Assembly: GCA_051294375.1 (NCBI GenBank)
Contig: CM119263.1
Span: 12,875,723-12,939,722, forward strand
Direction of reading: 5' to 3'
DNA length: 64,000 nucleotides
From: Paraspadella gotoi
Lineage: Eukaryota > Animalia > Chaetognatha
Within the stretch, counting starts at the first letter, position 1. Each line of letters begins with the position of its first letter. Positions 14,901-29,084 of the stretch are shown in pieces. Below the pieces are notes generated by a model, which was not told where the DNA came from, searched no databases, and worked only from the letters and a program-made list of their open reading frames with translations. The position numbers were made by a program, and so were the translations under genes.

Positions 14901-16412
14901 ACTCTTCAACTTGACCCGCTTTCGGGGTCAACAACTACACAAAACGTAACAGCACATGACGCCGGAACGGAGATTAACAGTCAAGTGCATTCTCATAAGT
15001 AATCCGCTTACATTTTTACTATCATACATGAGAGACCCAGACTTGCTACTTGCGCAGCTGGCATTGCCTTCCTTCACAGAGTTCCCTTCTCTCGCAACTT
15101 CATCTTCGCCGTTTCGATCCTTGTGGAGGCGACAGCGCCGATCTCAGTCGCACGCAGCACTTTTTCTCACGACAGAGGAAGAAGGCAGATGCTAACGACG
15201 TTCGTGAATGAGTGGCAACACAGTTCACTTTTTCCGTAAAATTGCAATACCTAATATTACCTTTTTCTCTTATTTTAGAGATAATAGGTTTTAACATTCT
15301 ACTTATATTTTGGAGTTCATACAACTATTTTATGCTTAACTTTTTTATTTGAATTGGGTTGAAGATGTTAATATTTGTTTGCGTGCCTTCTCCGAAATTT
15401 TTTTTCCCATTGCTTTGATATACATTTCATCTTTCGTAAGAGGGATGGTTTTGCTTTTTTTTTTTTGGTTTGTAATTTCTCCTCTTCACTATTTCACAAA
15501 CGTTTATCGCTTACCTAATAAATTTTTTCCTCTCCTAAAATCATTTCTCAGTACTGTTTTTTTTTAAACAAATTTCGTTTTCATAAATAAAAATTTTAAA
15601 ATTATCCATATCTATTTCTCTATTTATTTACTATCGGCTATCCAAGTTTTCAATGACAGAACCAGAATTGTTGTCGAGCGAAATGAAGGAAAAAAAACCT
15701 AAACTCAACCCATAAATACAAAGAGAAAAATTTTAAAAACAAGAAACAAAAAATAAAAAAGATAAAAAAACGAGAAACGAGATGAATAAGAAATAAATTC
15801 GAAACATTAGAAGAAAGAAAAAAAGAGAGCAGGAAAGAGGATGCACAGATGATCAATCTTCGATGGAAACAGAAAAAAATACAAAAGGAAGCGCGAAGAT
15901 GGAACTCATGACGTATTCCTATTGAGAAAAAGAGCTTGAAAATGGAAGAATGACGGTGTCTTTTCGGCCGGACGAGGATATATCTTTACGTCGGGAAAAA
16001 TTCGGACCGAAAACTGTGGCAATTTATAACTGGATTTTTTTCAATGATTGAGCAAAATGAAACGTTTTGAAAATGATAACATTGATCCTTGGATTAAAAT
16101 TGGTTGGACGGCACACGTACTGTCGTTACTTCCGGCGCTTGATGCGTTATCAGTACTTGAATTACTCTCATCCCTGCGCTTACACTCTTCTCATCCGCTA
16201 ATAGAAATTTTTAAGTTTATATCGACAAACATCCAGAGAGATTTGTGTCAGCAAGATACAGATAATTGAAGAAAATATAATTCGAACAACGACTTTTTCC
16301 TTTTGAAGTGAAATATAACCGATAGTGTCTCAGTACAAAATGATAATTCTGAGCTTCTCTCTCTCTTCTCTCTCCCCCTCTCTCCTCGTCCTCTCTCTCT
16401 CTCCTCTCCTCT

Positions 16413-16454
<42 letters not shown>

Positions 16455-17255
16455 CCCCTTTTCCTCCCTCATCTCATTCCTCCTCCCACTTCAGAATTTC
16501 ATGCCTTTCCATTTTTAATGTCTTTCGCACAATTCCAGAATTCGTTTCCTGCTTCATCACACGCACGACTCCACCTTCATCTCTCTTCGTCTTACTCCGC
16601 CTGTACAGTCCAGGCAAAACCCAGTAGACCAGCGGCAGGCTTTTAACACTCCGATAAATGAGAGAGAAAAAAAACTTATTTCGAATGTATTCGATGGTAC
16701 TTCGCCTTTTTACTGCCACCGCATCATATTTTTTAATTTATTTTCTTTAAGATGGCAGACTGGATAGCTAGATAGATTATTCATAATTTTAAAAAAGGAA
16801 TTCCGGTATAGACGAAGACGCGACGGCCACCCGAAATTACTCTTCTTTGCGGCCCTGAGAAGGGCAATTTGGTCGAATTAATTTTGATTACCCAAAATTA
16901 AACACTATAGATCGCGATCGAACGAGGAAGAGATTGTCGATTAGCAGAATTTTTACATGTCAGAAAAATTAAAAAAACGTCGAGTACCGTGACTGAACAA
17001 AGACGACGATACTTAATCTTGGCTCCAACTTCTCAACGTTGACCAGAGAAGATGATAAATGAAGAAGTTGGTCTCTTTGAAACGCCCAGGTTCTTTTTGG
17101 TTGTGCGAAATAATCCAAGGCGCTTTCCGGTTCCCGTGCGCGCTGACTTACTTACTATCTCTCTCTCTGTCCTCTCTGCTCTCCTCTTTCTCTTCCTCTC
17201 CTCTCTCTCCTCTTCTCCTCTCCCTCTCTCCTCTTCTCTCTCTCTCTCATCTCTC

Positions 17256-17299
<44 letters not shown>

Positions 17300-17766
17300 G
17301 CTCCATCTTCTTCCCTCTCTCCCACTCTCTCTCTCCTTCTCCTCCCTCTCTCTCTCTCTCTCTCTTCCCCTCGAAAATGAGAGAGTTCAACTGAATAAAT
17401 TTCTCACACTTTCCCTCTTCCTTTCTTTTTTCCCCTCGAAGAAGTCGCTTATATCTGTTTGTGTATCTATGATGAAAGGTGAGTTTCTTTGGTGAGATTT
17501 TTTTTGCTCGTGCGCGACGCATCGACGGCGCGTGACTCGGCGCGAAATAGAGCGGAGGTGCAAAGATTGAGGAGGGTGCGGCCCACGCGGGGCAGCTGGC
17601 TGGCGCAACTGCGTCTTCGTCGGGCGCCACCGTTGGCCACTGGTGCGCATTGGCCGCGGTTGGCTTTCCGTTTTTTTTGGTTTGTTGCGTTAAACTTTAA
17701 CGCCACCTGACGGTTTCAAGCATAAACAAGCGCCAATCTTTCAAATGCAAAAGCAACGACACACTG

Positions 17767-17856
<90 letters not shown>

Positions 17857-19285
17857 ATTTTCTATCCAGGACAGAAAAATAATTGGCTAAAAAAGTCAGA
17901 AAAACAGAGGTAGCGGTTGAACTCGGGTTAGAAACACGCGTTCGGCTGTCTCCCACAGTGTGTCGTTGCTTTTGGATTTGAAAGATTGGCGCTCTGTTTA
18001 TGCTTGAAACCGTCAGGTCGTTAAAGTTTAACGCATAACAAACCAAAAAAAACGGAAAGCCAACCGCGGCCAATGGCGGCACCAGTGGCCAACGGTGGCG
18101 CCCGACGAAGACGCAGTTGCGCCAGCCAGCTGCCCCCGCCCGTGGGCCGCACCCTGCCCTCAATCTTGGCACCTCCCGCTCTATTTCGCGCCAGTCACGC
18201 GCCGTCGATGCGTCGGCGGCACGAGCAAAGAAAAATCTCACCAAAGAAACTCACCTTTCATCATAGATACACAAACAGATAAGCGACTTCTTCGAGGGGA
18301 AAAAAGGAAAGGAAGAGGGAAAGTGTGAGAAAATTTATTCAGTTGAACTCTCTCATTTTCGAGGGNNNNNNNNNNNNNNNNNNNNNNNNNNNNNNNNNNN
18401 NNNNNNNNNNNNNNNNNNNNNNNNNNNNNNNNNNNNNNNNNNNNNNNNNNNNNNNNNNNNNNNNNNNNNNNNNNNNNNNNNNNNNNNNNNNNNNNNNNNN
18501 NNNNNNNNNNNNNNNNNNNNNNNNNNNNNNNNNNNNNNNNNNNNNNNNNNNNNNNNNNNNNNNNNNNNNNNNNNNNNNNNNNNNNNNNNNNNNNNNNNNN
18601 NNNNNNNNNNNNNNNNNNNNNNNNNNNNNNNNNNNNNNNNNNNNNNNNNNNNNNNNNNNNNNNNNNNNNNNNNNNNNNNNNNNNNNNNNNNNNNNNNGAG
18701 CCAAGATTAAAGTATCGTCGTCTTTGTCAGTCACGGTACTCGACGTTTTTTTAATTTTTCTGACATGTAAAATTCTGCTAATCGACAATCTCTTCCTCTT
18801 TTCTCTACCTCATCTAGATAGGTAATTTTTGGGTTAATCAAAAATTAATTCGACCAAATTGCTTTCCTTCGCAGCCGCAAATAAGAGTAATTTCGGTGGC
18901 GTCGGCCGTCGTTCGTCTATACCGGAATCCTTTTAAAATATGAAAATTAAAATCTATCTGTATCCAGTCTGCCATCTTAAAGAAATTAATTAAAAAAATA
19001 TGACTGCGGTGAGTAAAAAGGCACGAAGTTGACCATCGAATTACAATCGAAATAAAGTTTTTTTTTTCTCTCTCATTTACTCGGATTTAAAACCGCCGCT
19101 TCTACTGGGTTTTGCCTTGGGACTTTTACAGCCGAAAGACGAAGAGAGCTGAATTTTGGAGCCGTCGTAAAACAGAAACGAATTCTGCAATTGTGCGAAA
19201 GACAATTTAAAAATGGAAAGCATAGAAATTCTGAAGTGTGGAGGAGGAATGAGGAGAGGGGAGGAGAGAGGGGAGAGAGAGAGAG

Positions 19286-19332
<47 letters not shown>

Positions 19333-21639
19333 GAGAGAGAGAGAGAGAGAGAGAGCAAGGGAGAGAGAGAGAGAGAGAGCTCAGAATTTATCATTTTTGT
19401 ACTGATGACACTTCGGTTATATTTCACTTCAAAAGGAAAAAAGTCGTTGTTCGAATTATATTTTTCTTCAATTATACTTGTTACTTGCTAGACACAAAAT
19501 CTCGTTTGACTTTGTCATACTAAACTTAAAATTTCATTAGCGGATAATAATTAACCAATTAATCTAATTCAAGTACTGATAACGCATCAAGCGCCGGAAG
19601 TAACGACAGTAACGTGTGCCGTCCAACCAATTTTAATCCAAGGATCAATGTTATCATTTTCAGAAACGTTTCATTTTTTCTCAATCATGAAAAAAAAATC
19701 CAGTTTTTTATAAATTGCCACAGTTTTTCGGCCGAATTTTTTCCGACGTAAAGAATATATCCTCGTCCTCGAAAAGACACGTCATTCCTTCCATTTTCAA
19801 GCTCTTTTTCTCAATAGGAAACGTCATGAGTTCCATCTTCGCGCTCCTTTTGTATTTTTTTTCTGTTTCCATCGAAGATGTTGATCATCTGTCATCCTCT
19901 TTCTGCTCTCTTTTTTTCTTTCTTTCTAATGTTTCGAATTTATTTCTTATTCATCTCGTTTCTCGTTTTTTTATCTTTTTATTTTTCTTTGTTTCTCTGT
20001 TTTTAAAATTTTTCTCTTTTATTTATTTCCTTTAGTTTTTTAGTTTTTTTTCCTTTCATTTTTCGCTCGACAACAATTCTGTTCTGTCATTTGAAAACTT
20101 GGATAGCCGATAAGTAAATAAATAGATAAATAGATATGGATAATTTTTAAAATTTTTATTTATGAAAACGAATATTTTGTTTGAAAAAAGAAAACAGTAC
20201 TTGAGAAATGATATTAGGAGAGGAAAAAAATGTTTAGGGTAAGCGATAAACGTTTTGTGAAATGAGTGAAAGAGGAGAAAATAAACAAAAACAAAAAAGC
20301 AAAAACCATCCCTCTTACGAAAAGATGAAATATATCAAGAATGGGAAAAAAAATTTCGGAGAAGGCACGCAACAAATATTAAACGATCTTCCAACCCAAT
20401 CAAATAAAAAAGTTAAGCATAAAATATTGATGAACTCAAAATATAAAGTTAGAATGTTAAAACCTATAATCTCTTAAAATAAGAGAAAAAAGGTAATATA
20501 GGTATTGCAATTTAACGAGAAAAAGTGAACCTGTGTGCCACTCATTCACGAACGTCGTTAGATCTGCCTTCTTCCTCTGTGTGAAGAAAAGTGCTGCGTG
20601 CGACGTGAGATCGGCCTGTCGCCTCCACCAAGGATCAGACGGCGCGAAGATGAAGTCTGCGAGAGAAGGAACTCTGTGAAGGCAAGGCAATGCCAGCTGC
20701 GCAAGTAGCAAGGTCCTGGTCTCTCATGTATGAGTAAAAATGTAAGCATTACTTATAGAATTCATGACTGTTAATCTCCGTTCCGCGTCATTGCTGTACT
20801 TTTTGTAGTTGTTGCCCCGAAAGCGGCGGTCAAGTTGAAGAGTAAGTAAATAATAAATCCATCATGGGCTCGAATCTCAGCAGATTAAGCATAAAAAACT
20901 CATCATGATAAAATAGCGTCTTATATATAGATTTTTTTTTTTTTTTATCCAGTGCAACGTTACTCCTTCGCTCTACCCGCAGCGCTGTCCTATCGCGCTG
21001 CCCGCACGATCTGTCCCGTTCGGGCTGCCCGTTAGCCGGCTCGGACCGCGGAATTGATGGTCCCACCGCGAGGACGCGGCCGCCTTGACCTTCGCGGTTT
21101 CTCCGAAGAATCTGTCCAACGGGTGATTTGGCCTGAGGGTTTCGACGTCATATGATTGGACACACAACAACGTCCCAACAAAATTAACATCCTCATGGAC
21201 CGAGGAACAAAGATAAACTTCGTTAGCAAGATTAGATATTCGACATCGTAAGAAAAGCCTTGTAACCGGGAGTTATTGGAATCGCGTTTAAGTTAGGATA
21301 CTTCCTCCGGCCCGAAACTTGTTACGTCATTTAATGTAATTCTCCACTCTCGACGTCACAAGATGGAATCCTCCGCTCGTGTTATTCATATTTCGGGTCT
21401 GATGATGAGAACGAGGAGGACCGGATGGCGAAGAGAGATATTCCGAATCACTCTGGGATGTTCGAGGGCGGGTTCGTGGGAGGTGGAGGGTAAGGGGTGC
21501 TGGGGTGCTGGGGTAGGAGATGACGCGGAGTTATTGAAGCAGAAAATTTGGAGAGATCCAATGTTATCTGACAAGGTTGATGGTTTATGAACTTATTTGA
21601 ATGGTGGAGGGATACTGATAATCATGAAGTGAGAGAGAG

Positions 21640-21695
<56 letters not shown>

Positions 21696-23375
21696 CAATC
21701 TGGAATGATACGAAAAAACTTGTAATATAATCGAAACGAAGAGCATTTTACAGTATAACAATTCTTAGTTTTTAAAAAAAATTGGAATGGCTAATCACGA
21801 GCGAAAACTTCACGAGTGAAAATAAAAACTTGAAGGTCACGCGAGGGCGTGGCCGAGGAAGGTCACGTGATCGAAAGTCACGTTTTGAAGGTCACGTGTG
21901 GCTTCAATACTGAAAGTTGCTCGGGAATGCTTTTTTCCATAGCAGAGATGACGTCGGGACGACAAACGACGAAAAAGAAGAAGAAGACGACGCCGACGAC
22001 GACGCCGACGACCCAAGCCGAAGAACAGCGACGCACGACAAGAACAAAGTCGTAAAAACCGAAAGCGTTTTTTACGATTCATCCTCGAGGGCGATCTCTC
22101 GAGGTTCGACGCTGTTGTTATCGTTATGTCTTTCGTTGTCGTCGTCGTCGTCGTCCTGTCGTCAGAATGGAGGCGACCGTAATCGTGAAGGGAAAATGAA
22201 AGGCGACTCTTGCAAGCGCTTACTTTTTTCCCCCGCGTTTATTTCGCACCTGCTTTTTGTGTTTTAGCATCTGGATACGATTCCACACGATCACGTTCTA
22301 GTTTTTAATCACAAGAAGGTATCAAATATTGGGCCGAGTCTTGTATCCACAACGTTTTGTCTTTTTCATCCGTTCGACAAATTATTCAAGTTTTTTTTTT
22401 ACTTCTTATATTTAGTAATGAATATTTTATTCTGACCACATCAAAATGAGATAGCCGATATGGCGATATGTCACCTTTCTGTTCATCGACAAGATTTTTC
22501 ACCTTAATTTGAGTAACAAAATCGATAGTTAAGATTCTTTCATCTTTTCTGATTATGCTCCTCGAGTAATCTCCCATTCTTATTTCTGTTGGGCCAATTC
22601 TCAACCCAAGTTTTTTTTTACAATTTATTCGTCTTCGTCGTTGTATTCGTCGTCGTTGTTCAAATCATTTGAGTTCCCAAACTCTCCTCGCTCAGCTTTC
22701 TCACTACATTACACTGAGAATAAATTTTCATGAAATTTTCATGTCGAATGTCAAAAAAGATCTCTCGGTTCCTCAGGAATCGAACGATTCGTCGTCTCTG
22801 CGCCCCTACCATAAGGTAGCTCGGACGAAACCTTTAATCTCTGCCACAGATACTTTCATATTTAAGTCCCCTTTTTTTCCGCTCGCTTTCTCCGCGACGT
22901 TAAATATGCAAAAGAGGAAAACATTTCAGGGGGAATCAAAGAGGCATAAAATTACATACCTGTTGAGAAGAAGGAGTTGGACGAAAAGCCGGAGCGTGAA
23001 TATAAAATAAGGGGGAAGGAAGTGGGGGAAAAACAGGGTTACATTCTGCGCGACGCACAAGAGAGACAGCAGAGAGAGAGAGAGAGCAGAGAAGAGAGAG
23101 AGAGAGAGAGAGAAATGAGAGTATGACAATTTATAAATACAAAATGATCCGTGTTCGGTCATGTAACCGCGGAAGGTCGCGTCAGGTTCATTTAAACCAC
23201 CGACCATAACTACTTCCAGTATCCGGTTTAATATTTGCGATAAGCTAAAGAATAAGATCAATGATACCTGCATAAAAAGAAAAATCACTTCTTACTATCC
23301 ACCTGGTGTATTCTTCAGGAAAAAAACTTAGTAAGAAACATATGTCGAAAGGAGTTTTCTGAGTGAGAGAGAGAT

Positions 23376-23452
<77 letters not shown>

Positions 23453-23886
23453 CAACGTCTGTCTCATCAAACACACTCCATTACGCTTCATTCTTTGCGC
23501 AGGATATATTTTTCCTTTCTTGAGGCTTAAGAAGAAAAAAAAAAAGAAAAAGCGAGAGAAAAGTGACTAGGGAAAGCAAAGGAGAAAGCAAAGGGAAGAA
23601 AAAATTAAGGAAAATAAAGGAAAATAAAGGAAGCGGATCGGCGGACGGGGAAATCGACGGATCAATTAGCGACCGGGAGACTGGGAATAACACGATACAG
23701 CGGAGATCGTTTCGTTGAAAACAGCTAAGAATCTGAACTTTTTTTATTGAATGAATGAAAGATGAATGACATGAAAGCCGTAAAAAGTTATTATTACATT
23801 AAAAGAACTTACAAGAGTCGTAAAGACGGACAATATTGTGCAATAGAGTGGAGCTCTTGAGAACAAAATTTTTATTTTGAGAATAT
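11913..23886. repeat. large inverted duplication (arms about 11913-17772 and 17948-23886), probable assembly/amplification artefact
   Basis: The arms are reverse complements along their length, e.g. AGAGCTCCACTCTATTGCAC at 11941 vs GTGCAATAGAGTGGAGCTCT at about 23838. Differences are mostly 1-bp indels. A 25-N gap lies at 11862-11886. Confidence 0.92.
18366..18697. other. assembly gap (332 N)
   Basis: N run whose size roughly equals the mirrored left-arm segment 17026-17367. Other gaps of exactly 25 N lie at 11862, 27992, 40138 and 54381. Confidence 0.97.
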
Positions 23887-24133
23887 TGCATAACTTATCC
23901 TGCGAGTTTAGGTATATTATGAAATACAAAAAATATTTTGCCTCTTACTCTGAGGGGATCTAAACAGAAATATATAATATATTTGTAGTAGCACCTTATA
24001 AAATAGTAAATTATAAAAACAGATTCAGATTCCCTATAAAAAGTTTGACTAAAAATATAAAACATGTTATCAAAAATTCCTCTCTCACACTCTTCTTTTG
24101 CACAAATTCCCAACCTATTTTTAAAACTGTAAA

Positions 24134-24175
24134 AACGCTGATGAAGGCTTGAATTCAAAAGCCAAAACATATCAA
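24134..24175 (+). ncRNA. degenerate hammerhead motif
   Basis: AACG-CTGATGA-A-GGCTT-GAATTCAA-AAGCC-AAAAC-ATATC. Helix II is perfect but the GAAA box is mutated to AAAA. Confidence 0.45.
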
Positions 24176-24396
24176 TATGAATAAAATAAATTTGTTGTAA
24201 AAATTTTTTTTATTATCAAACTAACAACGAAAAGAAATGATATTACATCATGTCTACCAAAAATTCCTATATCCTCAGTATTTAAAATAGAAAAAAAGGA
24301 TTAAATTCTTTATTTTTTTATTTTTTTGCATACAGTAAAAACTACTATATGACATAACTTTTTAATCGTTTTTCATGGTTTTAACATTGAAATAGT

Positions 24397-24540
24397 TAGA
24401 GAAAACAAAGTTTGTTTGTTTGAAAACAATAATTTTTATTTACATTGGACATGTTTCGACTCTTGCTTTAAGCCTTCATCAGCGTTGTTTTCAAACAAAC
24501 AAACTTTGTTTTCTCTATTTATACACAACGAAAAGAAAGG
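24397..24540. mobile_element. Penelope-like remnant with a 33-bp perfect inverted repeat enclosing a hammerhead motif
   Basis: TAGAGAAAACAAAGTTTGTTTGTTTGAAAACAA (24397-24429) and its exact reverse complement (24485-24517), followed by the ACACAACGAAAAGAAAGG tail. A degraded duplicate lies near 31806-31950. Confidence 0.6.
24442..24488 (-). ncRNA. minimal hammerhead ribozyme motif (core intact, helix I imperfect)
   Basis: Minus strand reads ACAACG-CTGATGA-A-GGCTT-AAAGCAA-GAGTC-GAAAC-AT-GTC-CAATGT. Confidence 0.6.
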
Positions 24541-25199
24541 AAATAATATAATAACATTAAAATATTATATAACATATTTTACAAAAGTTTAAAAAATTTT
24601 TTTGGCCAATCAGAATCATTTCCTAAAAATGAAAACAATTTTTAAAAAAAAATTTATGCCTTTATAAGGATATTACTATAAAAAAAATTTAATTTCTGTT
24701 ATTTTTGTGCTTAAAAATTTTTGTTAAGGACTTGAATTTTATTAAATTTACATATATAAAGGAACGAAATAAATTTTGTAAAAGGACTCGAGCATTTCAT
24801 CGCTCCACCCTAATGTGCAAGTCGTATTATCCTCGCGTTCTGTCTCCTTTAACGACTTCACGTAATTTTTCTGCGAACTTTCGTCCTCAATCCGTTTTTT
24901 TTCCTTCAACTAACTCAAAATATAAATAAGTTTATATGTGTGATTTCTTGTGAAAAAAAAGTTGTATCGGTTAGGACACGTAGGATATTAGTAATTGACC
25001 CACAGTGCCGGGTATAGTCAAATTTAACTCACTTTAACAATATTTTTTAAAAAACGGAAAAGCCGAAAAACGGTAAAGCCCTGTAAGTTTGAGAGAGGTA
25101 AAAAATCTCGTGCCATCAATAAAATCAATAAAGCGAGTAAAAGGAGAGAGAGGAATGAGAAGCATAAAATGAAAGAAAACGAACTGAAGAGAAAAAAAA

Positions 25200-25321
<122 letters not shown>

Positions 25322-27266
25322 TTTTACAAGCTCATAGTATATGCTATATAGTATTATGATATACGCTTCTTCCCCGCTTTAAAAAAAGGATTAAAAATCT
25401 TGTCTGAATTCGCGCAAGAATAAATCTGCGTGCATGTTTCATTCCCGGGGGCATCGAAAGGGGGCGTCAAGGGTGATGAGCAAAGGGGTGGATGGAGTGA
25501 AGGGACGGCGAGAAGATGGAAGCGAAAGCGACATCAAAAAAGAATTATGCCCAGAATCGCGATTAGCACTTTTTTTATTTTCTTCCTTATTCGTATTTTT
25601 TTTTTCTCTTCGGAAGATGCCGAGGAGTTGTGGAATGGTTCTAACTTCTAAAACAAGTTTAATACAGGCCCCCTATGCGAAAGCGTAATAAAAAAACGAT
25701 TTTTGAATTTTAGTAATTACTTCAGAAGTTAAATTAATTTTAACGAAGTATTTTTTTAAATCAGTGTTTACGGTGCCAAAAATCTCATTAGCATATTGCA
25801 GTACGACGATTAAAGCTATCTTACTGTTTTTTGTTTATTATTTTTTTAATTTTAAATGATATTATCGGGGAATGTTTAACTGATCTCGTTGAATATTAAT
25901 CGTTTTAATATTATCAACAAGTAATACCCTTAATGAAGCCAAAAATTCTGTGAGTAACGCAAACGAGGAGCAAAATATTGCCGTTTTTTTTTAAAAACCC
26001 GTATAGGTTCGTTAGTTTATAACCGGTTTACAGCCGGATCCGAAGTTCTGAATTTTATTTTTAAATGGAGCTTAACGTTCCTATGTTCTTATCTCTTATC
26101 CTCTTGTCTTTTGTTTTGATGTGTGTTGATTTTTGTTTAATATCGTCCTCGTTAAAATAAAAAAAGGCTTACATTTGAGAATTTTTCAATTGTCATGAAT
26201 TTTTATGGCAACAGAAAAAAAAAGTATTATTATTAACATTGATGTCATTTCTTTATAGTTTTTATTACTCTTTCATTTATCGATAATATCATGATCATAT
26301 CTTGAGTGAAAATTGAACTTCGAAATTTGGACGGATGGTAAAGAAAAAGGATGGACGTCCCTTTCAAAATTTCTCGGAACCCAATCGCAGTTCTGGCAAA
26401 ATGATAAAACGATACAATAGAAAGAGTACAATGGAAACTCGTGGAAGGCGGAATACAAATTTTCGTTTTCTCTGATCAAAATCGATGTTCAAATAAATAC
26501 AGTGTAAAAGGGAACCGGTTTGGTTTGTCAGTTCCATCCACGCGTCGTGACTACAAACTCCCAAATTCCCAACTACTTCAACTATGTACCCCCCCCTGGC
26601 CAAATTACATCTTCAGCTCAGGCTTCGCATTTCACACCCCCTCGGCTCTCATACTTCCTTTCGCACACGCGTTTCTTTTTTCCTTTTTTTTTTTAAAGTT
26701 GCCCCTCTTTTTTTTTTCTATCCTTTTCTCCCTATTTTTATTTATTTTCTTTCTTTTTTCCTTCCATCTTTTACCACCACTGTTTGCGGATTTCTTAACC
26801 CAAAGTATTTTAACAGAGTTTTGCCCATGGGTTGAAGCGTCTCTGGCGCGCCAAGAAAGTCATGGCCCATTTGCTGCGCCTGCTCCGTTTCGGGCGCCAC
26901 CGACTCCGCCGCTGACAACACCACCGACGCTTAAATTCAGACGCTCGAACCACCGCTGCTTCGTCGCTGTCGCAAACGGGACGCCGACTCTCCTCAGGAC
27001 GTCCCGCCGCCCCCGACACCGCACCCGACGCCGCTGCCATTTCACCCACCACCCCCAACCCCTTGTTTCCAGGCGCGACGACCGTGACTGCTGGCTCTCG
27101 ACCAGACTGCCACGTGCCGAGTCATTGAGTTATTTTGATCAAAGAAATTGGGAGTGATTGGATTCCCTCTCAGAAGCAAACGGATTTTCCCGCTTTTTTG
27201 TTTTTTTTTTTTTTATTTCTTTCTTTTGGCAAACGGAAGCGCAAAGGGAAGGTGTAAAAAGAGCAG

Positions 27267-27305
<39 letters not shown>

Positions 27306-29084
27306 AAGTAGAGAGAGAGAGAGATGAGAGAGAGATGAGGAGAAGAGAGATGAAAGAAGACAAGAGGAACAAATCTAAAGAAATGTCGGGACCATTCAGG
27401 ACCCGCGAAATTTTAGTGGAAGACATCCCCGACTCACCTACGTCCTCCAATCGGGAGATGAAAACAATTATGTTGGGAATGGGATTCAAGCTTGGCAAAC
27501 CTTTCCTTTTTATTCCATTACTTTTGCGACGAAGAGATAGTGTAGTGTAAGAAGTAAAATTTTAACCTTAAATATTTTTTTTAGCATCACAAAATCAAAA
27601 TATATTTTTGAGAATATTTTTAATAATAATAAAAATTAATAAAGTAAATAAGATATATACAATTAATTAATAAACAATCAAAGAGTCGACGAAGTGCTGA
27701 AGAAAGCTGTCCGATGGCTAATGGAGCGAGAAAAAGAAGAAATGTGGCCCATCTTTGTCTCCCTTTAAAACTGCGTAATTATCTTTTTTTCTTCTTTCTG
27801 TATTCCTCCTTTTTTCCTTTTATTTCCTTTTTCTTTTCCCTCTCGTTTATCTTTGCCACCTTTCCTCTCTCTATGATGCCATCGTTTTCTCTCGATCAAT
27901 TCCCTTCCCTGATCCGCCTCATCTCACTGCCGAGTTCCCTTTCCATCGCGCCAGTCTGCTCCTCCCACTCGACCCTCTCACTTTCTGTTTTNNNNNNNNN
28001 NNNNNNNNNNNNNNNNCCACCACACAACACACACGAGCAAAGAAGCTGAGAGGGACAGATTATAATTGGTAGTAGGAGGTGAGAGGAGAGGAGAGCAATG
28101 GATATGCGCTTGTTTATCTTTGAGGAGGGTAGCATGTAAAGGAGAGAGAGTAGGATATAAATATATATACGCGGGAGGAGGTATATACTATGCATTATGG
28201 GGTGGTTTCACGATTTTCGAGAAACATTCATTAGTAAAGGACCTTATTGGCGTGAGTTTATGTGACCGGTATGACCCCGGATGGATGAAAACGAAAAACG
28301 GACCGTAACACGGCAGCGGCTATCTCAGAGTCATCACGCAGCCCCAGACGCTAATTGAGAGTGGGATGATAGACTAAGTAGCGTGCTTGAGGTGTGAGGA
28401 GTTAGTAGAAGAGGAGTCGGCGACACGGGTTGCGGTATGATTGAAGTGGGCTGTCATTTATGAGACAAGGGGAGGAATAATCGTAACACATCACAGACAT
28501 TATCATTTATTCCCTTGTGGCAAGGAAGGAAGTGAGTTGAGGAGAAGAAGTCGAGTTTGTGTTTGCTGCAAGCGCTGTCGCTTTTAGTTTCGTTTTGAGA
28601 AGTAAAAGGTGTTCGCGGATTGTCGTAAGGACGCGAGAGCTAGTGGTTCATGTTAAGACGTGAGTACTCTCTCACTCGCTCACCACTCATCTCCGATATT
28701 TACTCGCACACAACGGTAGGCAAGCTATTCCAGATAACAAGATACTGGATCGGAAATTAAGGTCTCTTGAAGATTCCCGTTGGCAATTTGTCAGTTGTAA
28801 TACTTTCCCTTTCTTTCAGGATAATTCTAGGACGTAATAAGTGTGAGGTTGAAAATTGTCTCGTGACTATTGAGGAGCTTTGAGTGAGTGCTATCCGACG
28901 TGGCTTGTTTGAATATATTAACATATAACATATATTAGCATAGAATACGAGTAGTGACTAGCTCTACACATAGTTATACGACTTCAAGCGATCCTTGCGA
29001 TTTAGCTTGAATCTGATTTTATCCTCGGATTTTGGGCATCGCGTTGCAGGGTAGTTTCAGATTTGAAGGTAATCTCTATATGAA

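Noticed and set aside
17773-17947. Sequencing adapter at the palindrome centre
   Set aside because: No clear SMRTbell adapter match is visible; the spacer looks like genomic (GA)n plus unique sequence.
26441-27157. 238-aa ORF
   Set aside because: It runs through poly-T tracts, has no recognisable domain, and is not preserved in the duplicate copy at 33.7-34.4 kb.
28017-29080. Unmatched sequence after the 25-N gap (similar case at 54406-54900) as foreign or horizontally acquired DNA
   Set aside because: No ORF or motif support, and the position next to gap-fill junctions suggests low-quality read ends.
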